Below, piece after piece: positions 11,210-24,700 of a DNA stretch of 64,000 nt. The translations under genes were made by a program, and so were the position numbers. Positions within the stretch are counted from its first letter, which is position 1. Every line of letters begins with the position of its first letter. The notes under the pieces are model-generated. The model made no database searches. It worked only from the letters and a program-made list of their open reading frames with translations, and was not told the DNA's origin. Source of the stretch: Vicugna vicugna. Taxonomy: Eukaryota. The DNA lies in the NCBI GenBank assembly GCA_013265495.1, contig MU058844.1:7067260-7131259 (forward strand). Direction: 5' to 3'.

Positions 11210-12045
11210 GTTATTCAACAAATATTTTGTGCCTACTCTTTGCCAAGCTACATGCTAGACTGAGGACATAGAGAGAAATACAGCACCTCCCATTTCAGGA
11301 TGCTGTCAGTCTAACAGAATAAAATAATATGAACATTAATTATTACATGTAAGACCTGAAAGATCTTTTACCTAAGTGTAATAGTAAAACAAACAATGGA
11401 TTGATCAACTCTGATAGGGTAAATAAAAAAAGTGTTTCATAGATGCTCACAGTAGGCTTTAAAGAATTAGTTGTTTTTCAAGTGGGGAAGAAAAGAAATT
11501 ACTCTAGGGAAAACTAGCAAGATCCTAAAGGCAATTCTACCTGAAATTAACTAATAGGGTTAATCAAAAATATTAGATAGAGGAAGAGATGTTGAAAGTA
11601 GGCTTTAAAAGATTAGTAGTTATTCAGGTGGGGGAAAAGGCATTATTTTAGAGAAAAGCAATGGAATTCCAAAAGTATATCTCCCTGAAATTAACATGGA
11701 ATTTAGGGAAATTTTAAGCTTGTCATGGCTAAGGCAAAGATTATATGTAGTTGTTTGGCTAGGGAAGATACTGAAGAAATAAACCAAGGCCAAACAATGG
11801 GGACTATTGTTATGAGTTTAGATTTTCACTCTTTTTGGTGACTTGGAAACAAGATATTTAAGGATTTTACTATGAGAATTACAGGATAAGACTGACATTT
11901 TAGATTTTTTCCCTAACAAATTAGAGAAAATATTGTAAAGGTGGGTTTAAATGAGAGGTTAGAAGTCCATATATAAACATTTTTTTAGCATCCAGGAGAG
12001 AGGAAGAAGAAATACAGATGATGACTAGAGGGCAGAAAAGGAAGA
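11210..12045 (-). mobile_element. L2 3' end remnant with internal tandem duplication
   Basis: 'ttattcaacaaatattttgtgcctactctttgccaagc...ctagactgaggacatagag' is the reverse L2 tail. Confidence 0.65.
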
Positions 12046-12048
12046 GAT

Positions 12049-12584
12049 TGCAAAGGAGAAATAACTGAACTGAGAATCCAGACCACTTCTGTCAACAAGA
12101 CTTAGCTATTTATTCTAGAAAATTATTTGCTAGGAAGGTAATGCTGTAGACCAATAATTACTTTCTCTGTTTGCTAGTTTGCATCAGGAAGTTCTTGCAA
12201 ACAAATTTATTTGAGCAGTTTGCTCATCTGGACAAACAGATGAGATCTCCCATTAAGATAACATCTTGGTCACCTGGACAAACATCTTCCATCTCAGATA
12301 CCAGTTTGCTTTCAAAGACTCCTCAAAATTCTTGTCATATTGAGTCCACCAATCCTAAATTATTATATCATGAGTTTTCCTCAATCCCGATAAATTCTCC
12401 ATCTTTAAGAATACACCTAATACCACTTGCACCTAGATTTCAGACTCTGAAAATCCCTTTTCCTAACTTGCCTCTTCTGAGATGATTGAGACTTAAGGTG
12501 GTATTATCCCTTGCTGAAGTGAGTTTAATAAACTGTTTTACTTGATGAAAATATTTTTTTGTTGATCTCTGTGAGAGAGTTTAC
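12049..12584 (+). mobile_element. Old ERV1-class LTR (MER90/MER110-like)
   Basis: 3' portion 'ctgagatgattgagacttaaggtggtattatcccttgctgaagtgagtttaataaactg...ttgatg...aca' with AATAAA; family name from recall. Confidence 0.55.
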
Positions 12585-12723
12585 AGCCAAGGGGACTTAC
12601 TGATTTCTTATATATTATAGATGAAGGGGAAGGAAGGAGGCAAGGGGGATGTGTGTGAATAAAGGCATTGTTGCTCTTAAGAAAGAGAGGGTCCTGCTAA
12701 AAAGCAATTTTGGCTTGACCTAT

Positions 12724-13185
12724 TGTGATGGCTAGTTTTGTGTAATTTTAGTAGGTCACAGTACCCAGATATTTGGTCTGAATATTGCTTTAAAGATATT
12801 TTTAGGTGAGATTAACATTTAAATCATTTGATTTTGGGTAAAGGTGATAACCCTCTATAGTATGGGTGGGCCTTGCCCAATCAGTTGAAGGGCTTAATAG
12901 AAAACACACTAAGGCCCCCAAGAAAGAGGGAACACTGCTAACTGACTGTCTTCTGACTGGAGTTGTAACATCAACTCTTCCCTTGGTCTCCAGCCTGATG
13001 GCCTACAGAATTGGGATTAGCCCAAACAGTTGTATAAGCTAATTCCTTAAAATCTCTCTCTTTCCTTTTCACTTTCTCTTTTTCTTTCCTTTCTCTCTCT
13101 CTCTTTCTGTGTATATATATACACATACACACATACATACACTCACACATTCTACTGTTTTTGTTTCTCAGAGAACCCTAATACA
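12724..13185 (+). mobile_element. MLT2B-like ERVL solo LTR
   Basis: 'tgtgatggctagttttgtgt...cagtacccagatatttggtc...gggtgggccttgcccaatcagttgaagg...gagaaccctaataca'; 5-bp flanks cctat/catat; internal CT/CA microsatellite typical of MLT2. Confidence 0.9.
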
Positions 13186-13539
13186 CATATCAGTTAGTTC
13201 ACTATAAAATTGATTATTTATATATTGAATACCAATTAAGCTTTGCTTTTTGTACTGATTGAGGTTACATATACTCTACCTAGAATATGATATACTAACA
13301 ACATGTCAATATGCTACTATTATTGAGCTAGTTAATGAGATTTTGGTAATTTAGTCCATTGGCCATTATTTCTATTCCATTTAAATTTTTTCTCCAGATC
13401 AGTGTAGAAATGTATTTGCTAAAAAATTGTTATTGTTATTTTTATTTACATTATTTTTAACTCCTGTATTACTTATTATGTTTAAATTGTTTTATGAAGC
13501 ATGCTAAGGAAATTACACTTGTTTTATAAGTTAATCACC

Positions 13540-13710
13540 AGAACTGAGTAGAGAGGTTAGTACCATGGTCATGCCCCTTTTTTCAGGTGAGAAAGTTGGG
13601 AAGAGTTAGGATAATTAATTTACTTAAGAGCACACAGCTAGAGTGGAACAAACAGGACTGAACCCAGGTTGTATGTGTTAAGGCCCATATGCTTGACTTG
13701 CATGCCATAC
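13540..13710 (-). mobile_element. MIR SINE
   Basis: Core 'cccctttttcaggtgagaaagttg...ttacttaagagcacacagctag...ggactgaacccagg'. Confidence 0.7.
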
Positions 13711-14954
13711 TTCAAATGGATAATTGAAATAACATTTATGCATTTTTCTACAAGTTTCAAGGCAAATACTGAATAAAGCAAGACATGGTGGAAAGACATT
13801 ATAACAACTATAGTTAAAATGGAGTTCTGATCTTGTTTCTGTTGTACTTTGTGAACTTGTGTTTTTATTAACCCGTCTGGTCTTAATTAGAGTAATTGGA
13901 ATTGGACTAAATAGGCACTATCATTTGAGAGCCCATGAATAATTTTATGAAAACGTAGACGTTTTAAGTATTCTTGGCATAGTGTTTTTTGTTTTTTTAT
14001 ATCTGGAAATTAAGTGTTAAAAATAGCAGACTGATATGATACTTTTCTCTTAATTTTTAAACATAATGTTTCTTTATTAAATATAGATCAATAGACTATT
14101 CTGTTTATAATAATTCAGTGAAGACACTGCAGGTTGGTAAAAAGAGTTTAATTGCTGTGCCAATTTCTGATTTATCTTGTTAGTGTGCTCTACTTTATAT
14201 TTTAAGGAATGATTTTTTTTAAGGATTCTTAATCCTTTAATTCTGGGGGCAGATGATACAGAAATCCTTTCAAAGATAGCACATGTGCAAACACAAGCTT
14301 TAATTTTAGATTATAAAGAGTTTTTAGAATTGTTTAAACAGTTTATTTGAAACCATCTAGCAGTCCACAATAAGCTAGTATCTTCTCTGTAACAACTCAG
14401 TTCTGATTAATTCACATCTCAGGACATATCACTGACTGTTACTTAACATTTACTTTGCAAGACTGACTGAATTGTAACACATGTGCTTGTATATGTTCTA
14501 CTATTTCAGTGCGATTTACAGTCGATAGTTTCATATTAAACATAGAATGAAGAAAGTAATACAAATGATTTAAAAGCTGCATTTATAAATATATGTATTA
14601 AATTGTATTTTTCCCTATTTCAATAAAAAAGGTCACCTTTTAAAATGCAGAATAGAGAATTATATATATAAACCTTTTGAATAAGAGAAAAAATATATTT
14701 AGCATGTGGTTACATCAATGAATATGCTATGTGGAAAAATAATTAAAAAATAAAAACCATCTATGCTTGTTGTGAATGTAGTGTTTTTCTCTGTAAACCC
14801 ATGGACTAGAGCTGTTAGTAACAGGAAGTCAGCCACCTGGCTTTTTTGGTAAGGCTAGAAATAGATGGGCTTTGGGAGGTATCCTTTATTCCTTTTAAAC
14901 TTCCCCAACCTCTTATTCTCTAGCCCTTTCAGAATTGGCCACTTTTTCTATTAA

Positions 14955-15200
14955 CTACTTATTTACAACTTACCTGCTTTCAGATGAGTTTGAAGCTACA
15001 TACAATAAAAACACCAGACACACTAATACTATAAAACCATACAAAACATCTAGGCTAATTAAAGCTGCTGAAATTGAGTACAAGGAATGGAAAGGCAAAA
15101 AAGGGTGGGAAAAAAGCTTGCTTATCTAGTAACAACGGTCAGAATAAAGAAGCATGGCATCCTATCAAAACGTATGAGTTTTAAATTTAATTCTTAGCTC
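14955..15200 (-). mobile_element. Possible L4/RTE-X remnant
   Basis: 'tatttacaacttacctgctttcagatgagtttgaagctacataca' resembles the reverse L4 3' end; highly diverged. Confidence 0.35.
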
Positions 15201-15324
15201 TCACCCTGAGAAAAATTTAGTTTGTTTTTATGTACAGATATACAGTATAAGCAGATAAGTCAAAATCTGTAGTTGTCATTAGAATAAGTAAAATATACAA
15301 AAAAAAAAGAAAGAAAGAAAGAGA

Positions 15325-15490
15325 AAGGTCATGAAAGACAAAGACATAAGAAACTGTCATGGATTGGAGAACTGTGCTGTGATGACAGTGGAATGTGGAA
15401 TCCTTGACTGGATCCTAAAATAGAAAAAGGACACAAGTAGAAAAACTGGCAAAAGCCAATTAAAGTTTGTAGTTATTATTTAATAGTTAA
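15325..15490 (+). mobile_element. Old L1M (L1MC/ME) 3'UTR fragment
   Basis: 'atgaaagacaaag...gaatgtggaatccttgactggatcct...gaaaaaggaca...gaaaaactggcaaaa'. Confidence 0.7.
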
Positions 15491-16099
15491 TGAACTAATT
15501 ACTGGATACTTTACTAATTTCAGTGATACACTACAATAGCAGATGAAAATTATATTTGCTTTCTGTATTACAGTGATAATGTGGTATAATTAAATAAATC
15601 TAAAAGTATTACCTCAATTGAGCCCCATTTAGTGGTGTATCCAGGTGTCTAGGAAACAGCAGACACTAGTTAAAGTCTAAAAGAGGAGGAAACAAAGAAA
15701 GAAAACATTTAACATTGCTAGCAAGAGGGAAAGATATTACACAGCCTGAAATTATAAAGAACTCATATTAGAGTAAGAAAATGTTAGCTTAGAAATTAGA
15801 GAAGGCTTGGGTCACTGACTTGTACTTCCCTCTTTTAAATGCCAGGGAGATCACTGAAACAAACTCCAAAAAAAATTGAAGGATGAGGAAAATGTCGTGG
15901 ATTAAATGATCAAAATAATGTAAAATACAGGAATGATTATACTTCCAGGAATCTTCGTGTAGAAATTCCACAGGACCTGCACCTGTCAACTACCTTCCAA
16001 AGAAAAGGTGCTGGGCTATTAATGCTGCAGGTAGCCTCTAAGTTTTAGAGGGATTACCTCAAATTGTAATTCATTTAATATGAAAAGCAACCTGAAAAA

Positions 16100-17300
16100 A
16101 AAGTTGTATTGTTACTTCACATCTTATGTTAGCAAGATAAATGTCAGATTGCTTTAAATGTTAAATGTAGACAGTAAGAAATAGAAGCATAAGAGAATAA
16201 AATATAGACCAGGAATGCATGATTATAGATTGAGATACACCTTTTTGAGTTAAAAGATACTGAGTAACACTATGAAGAAAAATATTGATAAATACTAAGT
16301 CCTAAATTGTAATAACTTACGTACTTATATCTACACACTTAAGCGTAATATGTACAAACATTTTTAAAGACCCTAAAAATTAGTAGCAACATATTTTGTA
16401 ACCAAAAGATAAATATCTCTATTGTGTAAAGAATTTCTGTAGATAAAATATAAAATTAAATATCACAATGAAAACAAAAGGGCCATTGCTTTGATTCAAT
16501 GGGCCTGTAACCTTGAAAATGAATCCTTCTACCTCCCACTCACACGCTAATGATCAAATTAATATACATACTGTAAGGACAGTAGTTAATTGAACACTCA
16601 CATAGCTGAGAATATTTTCTATACATTTCAAGTCATTGTCAATCTTTTTTGATATACAATCTTCCTTTGCTGGCTAGAAATGCCAACCTTCAGAATAAAT
16701 AAATAAATTTTAAATGCCTTAGATTGTTCTTGCTCTGTTAATATTTTTATTTAGGTGACTCCAACATGTTTTTTAAAATTTACTAAATATGTAGACTCTT
16801 TTACAGTTTGTCATAGAAATTCACTGCCCCCTTGTTCATTTTCTTAGCCCTTAATTAGTTCCAGTGTATGTTTTAATTTTCTATTAATATATTATTTTAG
16901 TAACTGCAATTTAGTGTTACTTTTCTCAAAATACTTTCAGGCATTTAATGTTATATACTTACTGGTAATGTATGTCTTTTCTATCTCTTTCCATATACAC
17001 TACATGTCCTTTAAATTTATTTTTTTCTCTAGTCATTTGTATAGTGTAATGTGCACATATATCTTATTGAAATATATATGCATGTGTATGCCTGTGTATG
17101 TAATTCACATGTTCAAAGTGTGCAGCTCAATGACTTTTGCACAAAATGAATACACTTGTGTGGTCATCATATAGATAAAAGAAGAGTATATTACCAGCAC
17201 CATAGTGAACCCATTCATGCTTCCTTCTAGTCAGTAACTTCATAAGACAACCAATGTCTTGATTTACAATATAATAGGCTAATTTTGCTTACATCAGTGT
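16100..17300. mobile_element. Highly decayed L1M fragments (sense ~16100-16480, antisense ~16540-17300)
   Basis: A-rich ORF2-like text followed by T-rich antisense 3'UTR text ('aaagtgtgcagctcaatgacttttgcacaaaatgaatacacttgtg...attaccagcacc'). Confidence 0.5.
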
Positions 17301-19639
17301 TTTTTAAAAGCCTATTGAGCTGTTACTTCATTTTTTCCAATACTATACTTTCATCTGCCTTGCCTAATTATTATCTTAAAATTACTAGTATCATTAATTA
17401 CATGGGTTCTTGTCCCAGAATGGTTAATGAGAACTCCCTCTTCTAGCCATGGGAAAGTATTAAAACTAGACTTACTGTCTTATCATAGGCAACCAGAAAA
17501 CTGTACAAAATATACAAAACAGTTGTATTCAGACATCACAAAACAGGCAGCACAGGACCTGTATGCTACAAATTCTGGGATTTCAGCCCAACTGATCTTC
17601 CCAAGAGAAGGAAACAAATAACATAAGGTCTCTAATCACCTGCCTTTCCCCCTAAGGACATTTTCTGGACAATGATGCATGTATAGTTGATATCCCATAA
17701 AGGTGGATTTTGGTCAAGAGAAGATAGAGATGGAAGAATCAGTATACACACTGCATAGCTTTTCTCTTTCCCAATATCCTGGCTGAATATTGTACAGGGT
17801 TGATTAGCATGTTCCTTGTGATGTGACTCAGCAATGGCCAGCTCAGTAGTGCAGCCCTTTGAATTTACTCTCCCAACTTTTGAATCTCATTGTCTTATTT
17901 CCCCCACTTCTTTCTTTAAGATTGCGTAACACCTTTCCACAATGTTGTCATTTAAGTTTTTGCCTTAGGTCCTGTGTTCTAGGTGAACTGAGCTAAGAAA
18001 ACTCAAAAAGAAAGTTTGAGTGTTTTTTCCCACCCCTCCTACCATGTTTGTGATATGAAAATACAATGGTAAAATGTTACCTTGAGTCTGCTTATGTCTG
18101 AGACCTGAAAAGCTTCTGTGTGTTGCTCTCCTTTATTTTTATGTCAGTGTAAATAGCAACGTATGTGGTTACATATCTTCATTGTTTGGCAACTTCTTGT
18201 CCAGCATAGCTACTAGATAGAAAACTCACAGATCAGGAATCTTGAGTGGGAAAAGCACTTTCCCCTGTTGTGTAGTTAGTTAGTAAGGGTTCAAAGAAAT
18301 CTGGCAGCCTGGTATGTGGATTGCTCTCCTTGTTTTTATCATGTTAGAGAGCATAACATCTTGGTTCTGGACTCTCCATAATGTATGTTGTGTCTGGACT
18401 TCACTATAAAATCTGGCCCCACTTGCTCAGTACATGGCCATAGGTCTTACTCAGATAAATTTTTATACCATTTCTGGTTTTCTTTCCATTTTGTCATCTT
18501 TTTGGCTATGAACTCTCATAGCTCTTGCTTAAAACCATGAATTTAAGACTGAACTCTAGAGAATAGGATATTTATTGAATTGTATGTAATGGTGCTTCCA
18601 GGAGTATTCTAAAACTGAGGCCATGAATATAAAACTAAACATTAAACATGAATTATCTCTGTTAAAAAGAGAGAAAACTGACTCATATTACTTTTGAAAG
18701 CACAGACATAATTTTACCTCTATGATCACCTTTAAGAAACATAGGCCAATGTCAATATAACCTGTCACATAATAACTTTGTCATTTTTATCATAACATGT
18801 ACAATCAAAGAATTGATTTCATTTTCTGAGCCATACCTTGGACTTTTTCTGCCTTAAAAGAATCTTGAATTTTGGGGAGCATGACTGTATCACAGCTCTA
18901 GAAAATTTTGCATTAGGGTTTATGACACTGTATAATGAGAAAAACATAAAGACAGTTTCAGGTATATTAAAATCATTCCAGCATGGTTGATGATACTATT
19001 TCAATCCGTTTGATTTATTTAAAGCCTGCAGTTTAACCTTTTTTAGGACAGTATATCACTACCATGTTCATTTATAGAATATTAACATTCAGTTAGTAGC
19101 AGTGAAGTGGATTTATGGCACAGAAAATATCTATCCTGACTGATGACAAATAATAGGAAAAGGAGCTTAGATGTAGATGGTTACATTTTATAAAGTTTTT
19201 AATTTGAAAACTTGGATTGATTTTAGAAAATATTAAAAAGGAGACTGAGGGCTCTCTCTAACCTTTGGGCTTTAGTTTGAAAAGAAAGACAGCTTTTTTT
19301 TTGTTTTTTAATGAAATCTAGAAGAATTGGCTACAAATTTATTAAGACTTGGCCTCTAAAACTCAGATAATGTAGATTTTTCTCTTTTATAAGTATTTAT
19401 TCAGTCATTTTAGCTCAGTGTATAATAAATAATAATATTTCTGACTTTTCTATGTTTTTAATGTCATAAAGACGTTTGAATGTAATCAGCCCTGAGTTGT
19501 GAGTAAGCTTGATATGTGAGGGGTATAATGTAGCAAGAGAGAACAGCAGTAGGAAACAGGATAAAAATGTAATTAATTCAGCATACTTCCCTTCCTTATT
19601 TTATTTGAATTTAAATGATATATAGTGTTTTCATTACAT

Positions 19640-21330
19640 TTCTTTAAAAACATATTTCGAGAAAATTATAAATTCACTGCAGTTGTAATAAACAATACAA
19701 AAAATTTCATATGCCCTGCACTGTTTCCCCAATTATTGCAAAATAATATCAAAACCAGGAAATTGACACTAATAAAATCTACCAAACTTTTCCGGATTTC
19801 ACTAGTTTTATATAGACTCCTTTGTATATGAATGTGTAGTTTAGTTATACAGGTTTCTCCCTGCTATCTGAAAGTAGAACACTCCTATGAAACCCTTTGT
19901 AAGCCAAAATGGCATAAATCAAACAAGCAATTAGCTTATATGACCCATCTTGCTTAATAGATGCACAAAATAATTTGAGATAAAGCACAGGTGCTCACAG
20001 ACACAGTTCAATGCTATGGAAGCTTGATGCTGAGATGCTGAGCATAGTTCCCTGGGAAGGGGCTTGGTGGTGCCACTCTCAGCTGTTGGGACTGCCTGCT
20101 GCCTCTGTAACAGCTCCCTGCGAGACAAACACTGAACAGTGTTTTAGCTTTTGCCTTTTTTCCATGAAAGAAAAAATCCTCTTTGGATTTCTTTTGGTTA
20201 GCAGAGCAGGTATTAATGCAGGTCTTTTGGAAAAGTGAAGTGGCACAAAGCAAACTTGAAAAGTGGGGTGTATATGTTTACATTTTATTCCATATGTTGC
20301 TTCTTTTATCTCCTACTACAACAGTCAAGATACAGAAGAGCCCTATCACAAGGGACCTTCATGCTACCATTTTATAGACCTAACCACCTTCCTCCCTGTT
20401 CTCCATCCTCTAGTCCTTGGCAACTGCTAATGTTTTCTCCATTTATATAATTTTGCCATTTCTAGAATGCAATATAAATGGAATTATACAGTATATAATC
20501 TTTGGAGATTGTTTATTTTTCACTCATCATAACTCATTGTGATCCATCTAAGTTGAATTAGTAGTTTGCTCCTTTATGCTGCTGAGTAGAATTCCATTGT
20601 ATGGATGTACCACAATTTGTTTAATCATTCACCTGTTGAAGGACAGTTCAGTTGTTTCCAGTTTGGGGCTATTATGAATAAAGCTGCTATGAACATTTAT
20701 GTACAGATCACTTTCTGGGATAAATGCCTATAACATGTTGGGTATTTTGGTAAGCACACATTTACTTTTATAAGAAATTGTCATATTGTTTTCGAGAGTA
20801 GCTATGCAAATTTGCTTTCCCATCAGTAATGGATGAGTGATGCAGTTTATTTATGTTATCACTAGTGTTTGATGATACCACCATTTTAACATGTTAGCCA
20901 TTTTGATAGTGATATGTTATTGTGGTTGTTACCTTCCCCTGATGGGTAATGATCTTGCATGTATTTTCATGTTCTTATTTGTCATCCATATACATATCCT
21001 TGTTAGTGAGTATCTTATGTTCGTTTTCTAATTGGACTTCTTGATTTTTAATTGTTAAGTTTGAGAGTTGTTTATCTATCCTATATAGTATTTCTTTGTC
21101 AGAAAAATGGTTTGAAAATATTTTCTGTCAGTCTGTAGCTTGTCTTTTAATCCTCTTAACAGGCAGTCAGTGTATCAGTTTTTCCTGTTACAGATTGTGC
21201 TTTTTGTATCCAGTCTAAGAACTCTTCTTTCTAGTTTCTGAAAGATTTTCTTCTTCTTTTTCCTAAAAGTTTAAAATTTTTATGTTTTACATTTAAGTTC
21301 ATGATTTTTATATCATGTGTGAGGCTTTGG
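19640..21330 (-). mobile_element. L1MC/L1MB-type 3' region, interrupted by a Tigger element
   Basis: Antisense L1 3'UTR/ORF2 text ('tccattgtatggatgtaccacaatttgtttaatcattcacctgttgaaggaca...ggggctattatgaataaagctgctatgaacatt'). Confidence 0.85.
19850..20276. mobile_element. TcMar-Tigger-type non-autonomous DNA transposon
   Basis: Starts after TA with 'caggtttctccctgctatctgaaag', ends 'gaaaagtggggtgtatatg' (degenerate inverted terminus); host L1 text resumes on both sides. Confidence 0.75.
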
Positions 21331-22054
21331 TTTTTAAAAGTTCTATAAATTTGATTTAATTTTTATTTTAATTCTTTAATTTTAATGAAATATTAAAATT
21401 TTCAAATAGGAAGGGATTTTAAAATTGTGTTATTAAATTCTATATCATACAGAGATCAGAGAATGACATTTACAACATATTTATTTATGCACTTTAATTT
21501 TTTTATGATACAATATTTGGCCAATTTTATGATTGCTCCATGTATACAGAGCTAAGAAATGACATAATATGAATGAAATGCTGAAAAGCTAGTCTCTAAA
21601 TTTTCTGCTTTTAACCTTTATACTATGCCTCATATTCAGGAAACCAAGGACATACTGCTAAGCTACTAAAAAAGAGTTATCACTATCTATTTATCAGTCA
21701 TCATTATCTGTCTATCTGTGAGATTGTAGGGGTATCTATTTTATGCTGTTATGCAAGCAAAATTAAAAGGAGAAAGTAATGTATATAGAGTGGTCCCATT
21801 TTTATATAATGTGTAAGTATATGGATGTGTGTTTACTTGAACAGAAAAAATAGTTTTACATATATATATTTACACATATAGCTTCCTTCATTTAAAGATA
21901 TATATATCAAGGAGTAGACATGGCTTACTTTGAGTAGGTAGAGTTGGGGATTTGAGGATGAGGGAAAGTCTATTAACTTTTTCTTTATAAATTTCCTCAC
22001 TTCAGTGTATTGCATTCATCATTTTATTATTTGGTAATTAAAAGGAATCATTTT

Positions 22055-22178
22055 GTATGTACATGTTTATATTTATGTACATATATGACTGAAACATTAT
22101 GCTGTATACCAGAAATTGAAACATTGTAAACTGACTATACTTTGATAAAAAAGTAATAAATTAATTTAAAAAAAAAAA
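22055..22178 (+). mobile_element. Short L1 3' terminus with polyA
   Basis: 'tatatgactgaaacattatgctgtataccagaaattgaaacattgtaaactgactatactt' + AATAAA + A11; same terminus as the L1 at 46502-46600 in reverse. Confidence 0.85.
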
Positions 22179-23382
22179 GTCAAGGTGGAAAAGCAGGAAC
22201 ATTCAAAGGGCACATATCCAATGCCCTCAAGACAGTGTTGCTGGTCGTGGTTTGGCTTGTTGGTCTTTATAGGCATTTGTGACTCCAGGGCTTCTTCGGG
22301 GTAGGAGGTGGGCAGGAAAAGCATTGGAAAGAGTCATTTTTTTAATTAAAAAAAGACAAAACAAAGAACGTGTCCTTTGCAAAAAATAAGCAATCAATCA
22401 ATAAAGTAGGAAAATAAATAAGATTACAGTTTCCCTTATTTATCTAAAGTTATTAAAATTAAGTGGTTTTATAGTATGTATTTTCATAGAATCAAACATT
22501 TTAAGACATGAGAATGGTCTTGTTTATTATGTAGTAATAGCATATATTGAAGGTACATATTTTAAAGGTACTACATTTTAAAGGTAAAATGGTAGAGTTT
22601 GAATCCTATCTTTCATTTTGTTCTGTCAACTAGGTCAACTCCATGCTAAATTGTACCATGTGTTTTGTTTTACAATTAAAATAAATTATGTGTTTGTACA
22701 ATAATTAAAGTTTGCCAAGGATACATGACTCATAAATTTAGAGTTCTTTCAATTAAAAACTATCATTTGACTGTAGTTCCTGAAAACAGGGACATCAACA
22801 CCTGATAACCATTTAGGGAGAAGTACTTTGATAACATTTAAATCATTGATGTAAATTAATTTCTCTCAGAGATATTGGAAGTGACCCTGAGTGGCAGGTG
22901 GCAGTCCTGGTGAAGATTACAGCTGGAAATATACTAAGAAAAAAATTATTTCATCCATTAATAGAAAGTTTTCTATTAAGAAAAGTTAAAAAAGAAAGTT
23001 AATTTATGAAATTTTGAATCCCCTAAATGGAACCAATATTTGGAAGGGATTTCAATATAACTTTATCAAGTTAATTTGAATTCAAAAAGAAGAATCATCT
23101 TGGCTTTACTCAAAACCTATTTCAAGTCAGAATCTCAGTCCAGAGAACAGATTTCCAATCATGCAATCAGTTACTCTTGCAATTACTATGCGAAATATTT
23201 GTTTTTTTTATATTTAGCATGTCTTTATTTCTTAGTTTGATAATATATATTTAAATAACAATTATCTTAAAGATTAATTAGCTCTGAAAAAATAAATATA
23301 ATATCAATTTGCAAAATCACATTGATGATTATCTTATAATTTTAAATGTTTCTAATATGAGAAAACCTAATTAGCACAAATT

Positions 23383-23600
23383 TTATTTTTATATAACCAA
23401 CATAACATGATATAAGTTTAAGATGTATAATATCTTGATTTGATAGATTTATATATTGCAGTGTGACTGCCAACATTGTGTTAGTTAACACCTCTAATCA
23501 TGTCATGTAATAATCACTTCTTTTTTGTGATGGGAACAATTAGCATCTAGGCTCTTAGCAGCTTTGAAGTCTATAATACAGTATTGTTGACTATAATTTC
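23383..23600 (-). mobile_element. L1MA9/L1MB-like 3' terminus
   Basis: 'tataagtttaagatgtataat...tttgatagatttatatattgc...ttagttaacacctct...ctcttagcagctttgaagtctataatacagtattgttgactata'. Confidence 0.8.
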
Positions 23601-24049
23601 TATTTTGTTTTCTAAGTATATCCTTCTTTTAAAACTTATCTTAATGCAAATATTAATCTTTTGAAAATTTTAACTGAAATTAGAGATTTGGCCTAAGTTT
23701 TTGTTTTTAACAAAGTGCAGTTTGCCTTTTTCTGCTAAACAATATTTCTGGGTTTCATGAGTCATGGAATGACTATGAAATATATCTTAATTCCTGTATC
23801 TTTTATGATATAACAGTGACTGGATTATTAGCAGAGTTACATGATATTATTCTTAGGGAATGATCATTTTTTTATGGTATTACATTTAATTTTCTCACAT
23901 TAAATAAGTAGAACTATGTATAAAAAGGGATGGAGCTCTCTCATAACAATGTGACTCAAACTGGAAGACTAGACAGTGAACGGAGGTTGTATAGCACTCA
24001 GATTTGAGCTTTAGAAGGTTGTCATTCCAAAGTTTGGTTGATTCTTTCT

Positions 24050-24700
24050 TCTGGTAATCTATTTCTGCCTAATAAATTAACCTAATGTAATGGCTTAAAG
24101 CAACATTCATTTTATTATATCTCACAGGAATTCAGGCAGGATTTGGATGGGCAATTCTTCTGCTTCATATGATGTCGACTGGGGTCACTTGGTAGTTGTT
24201 TGCTGGCAGCTGGCCTAATGTGGAGGGTTCAAGAAGGTTAAAATCACATACTTAGTGCTTTGGCAGTAATGGCTGGAAGCTGGAATCAGCTAGGCCTCTC
24301 TCCTACTCCATGTATTCTCAGTTTCTCTCCACTTTTTCCTGTCTTAGAGAAGCTGAACTTCTTATAGAGCAGTTTAGAGCATCCAGCAAACAAGACAGAG
24401 CTGCCATTACTCCTAAAAGTATCTTATCAGTCTTATTAATCAAGGAAGTGACAAACTGTCACAGATGGTCTTTAAAGTAAGGTGCTACATCAGTGTGTTT
24501 TTATTGTATAAAAAACCAGTTGCTTAAACAAAAGATTTTTTTGTAATTACTCACAAATCTTTGGGGCACCTGAATATCTGCTAGGCAGATGATATGGACG
24601 AGGCTTTGTAGAGGCAACTCTACTGGTACATCTCTGCTCCCACTATCTCTCACCTCCTTCTAGGGTCAAAGGTTAGCCAGTCATGCTTCAGAGCCAGAGA
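24050..24700 (-). mobile_element. MaLR LTR fragments (MLT1G/H-like, probably two pieces)
   Basis: 'atctatttctgcctaataaatt...aatggcttaaagcaacattcattttattatatctcac...caggaattcaggcagg...ggcaattcttctgc'. Confidence 0.7.
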
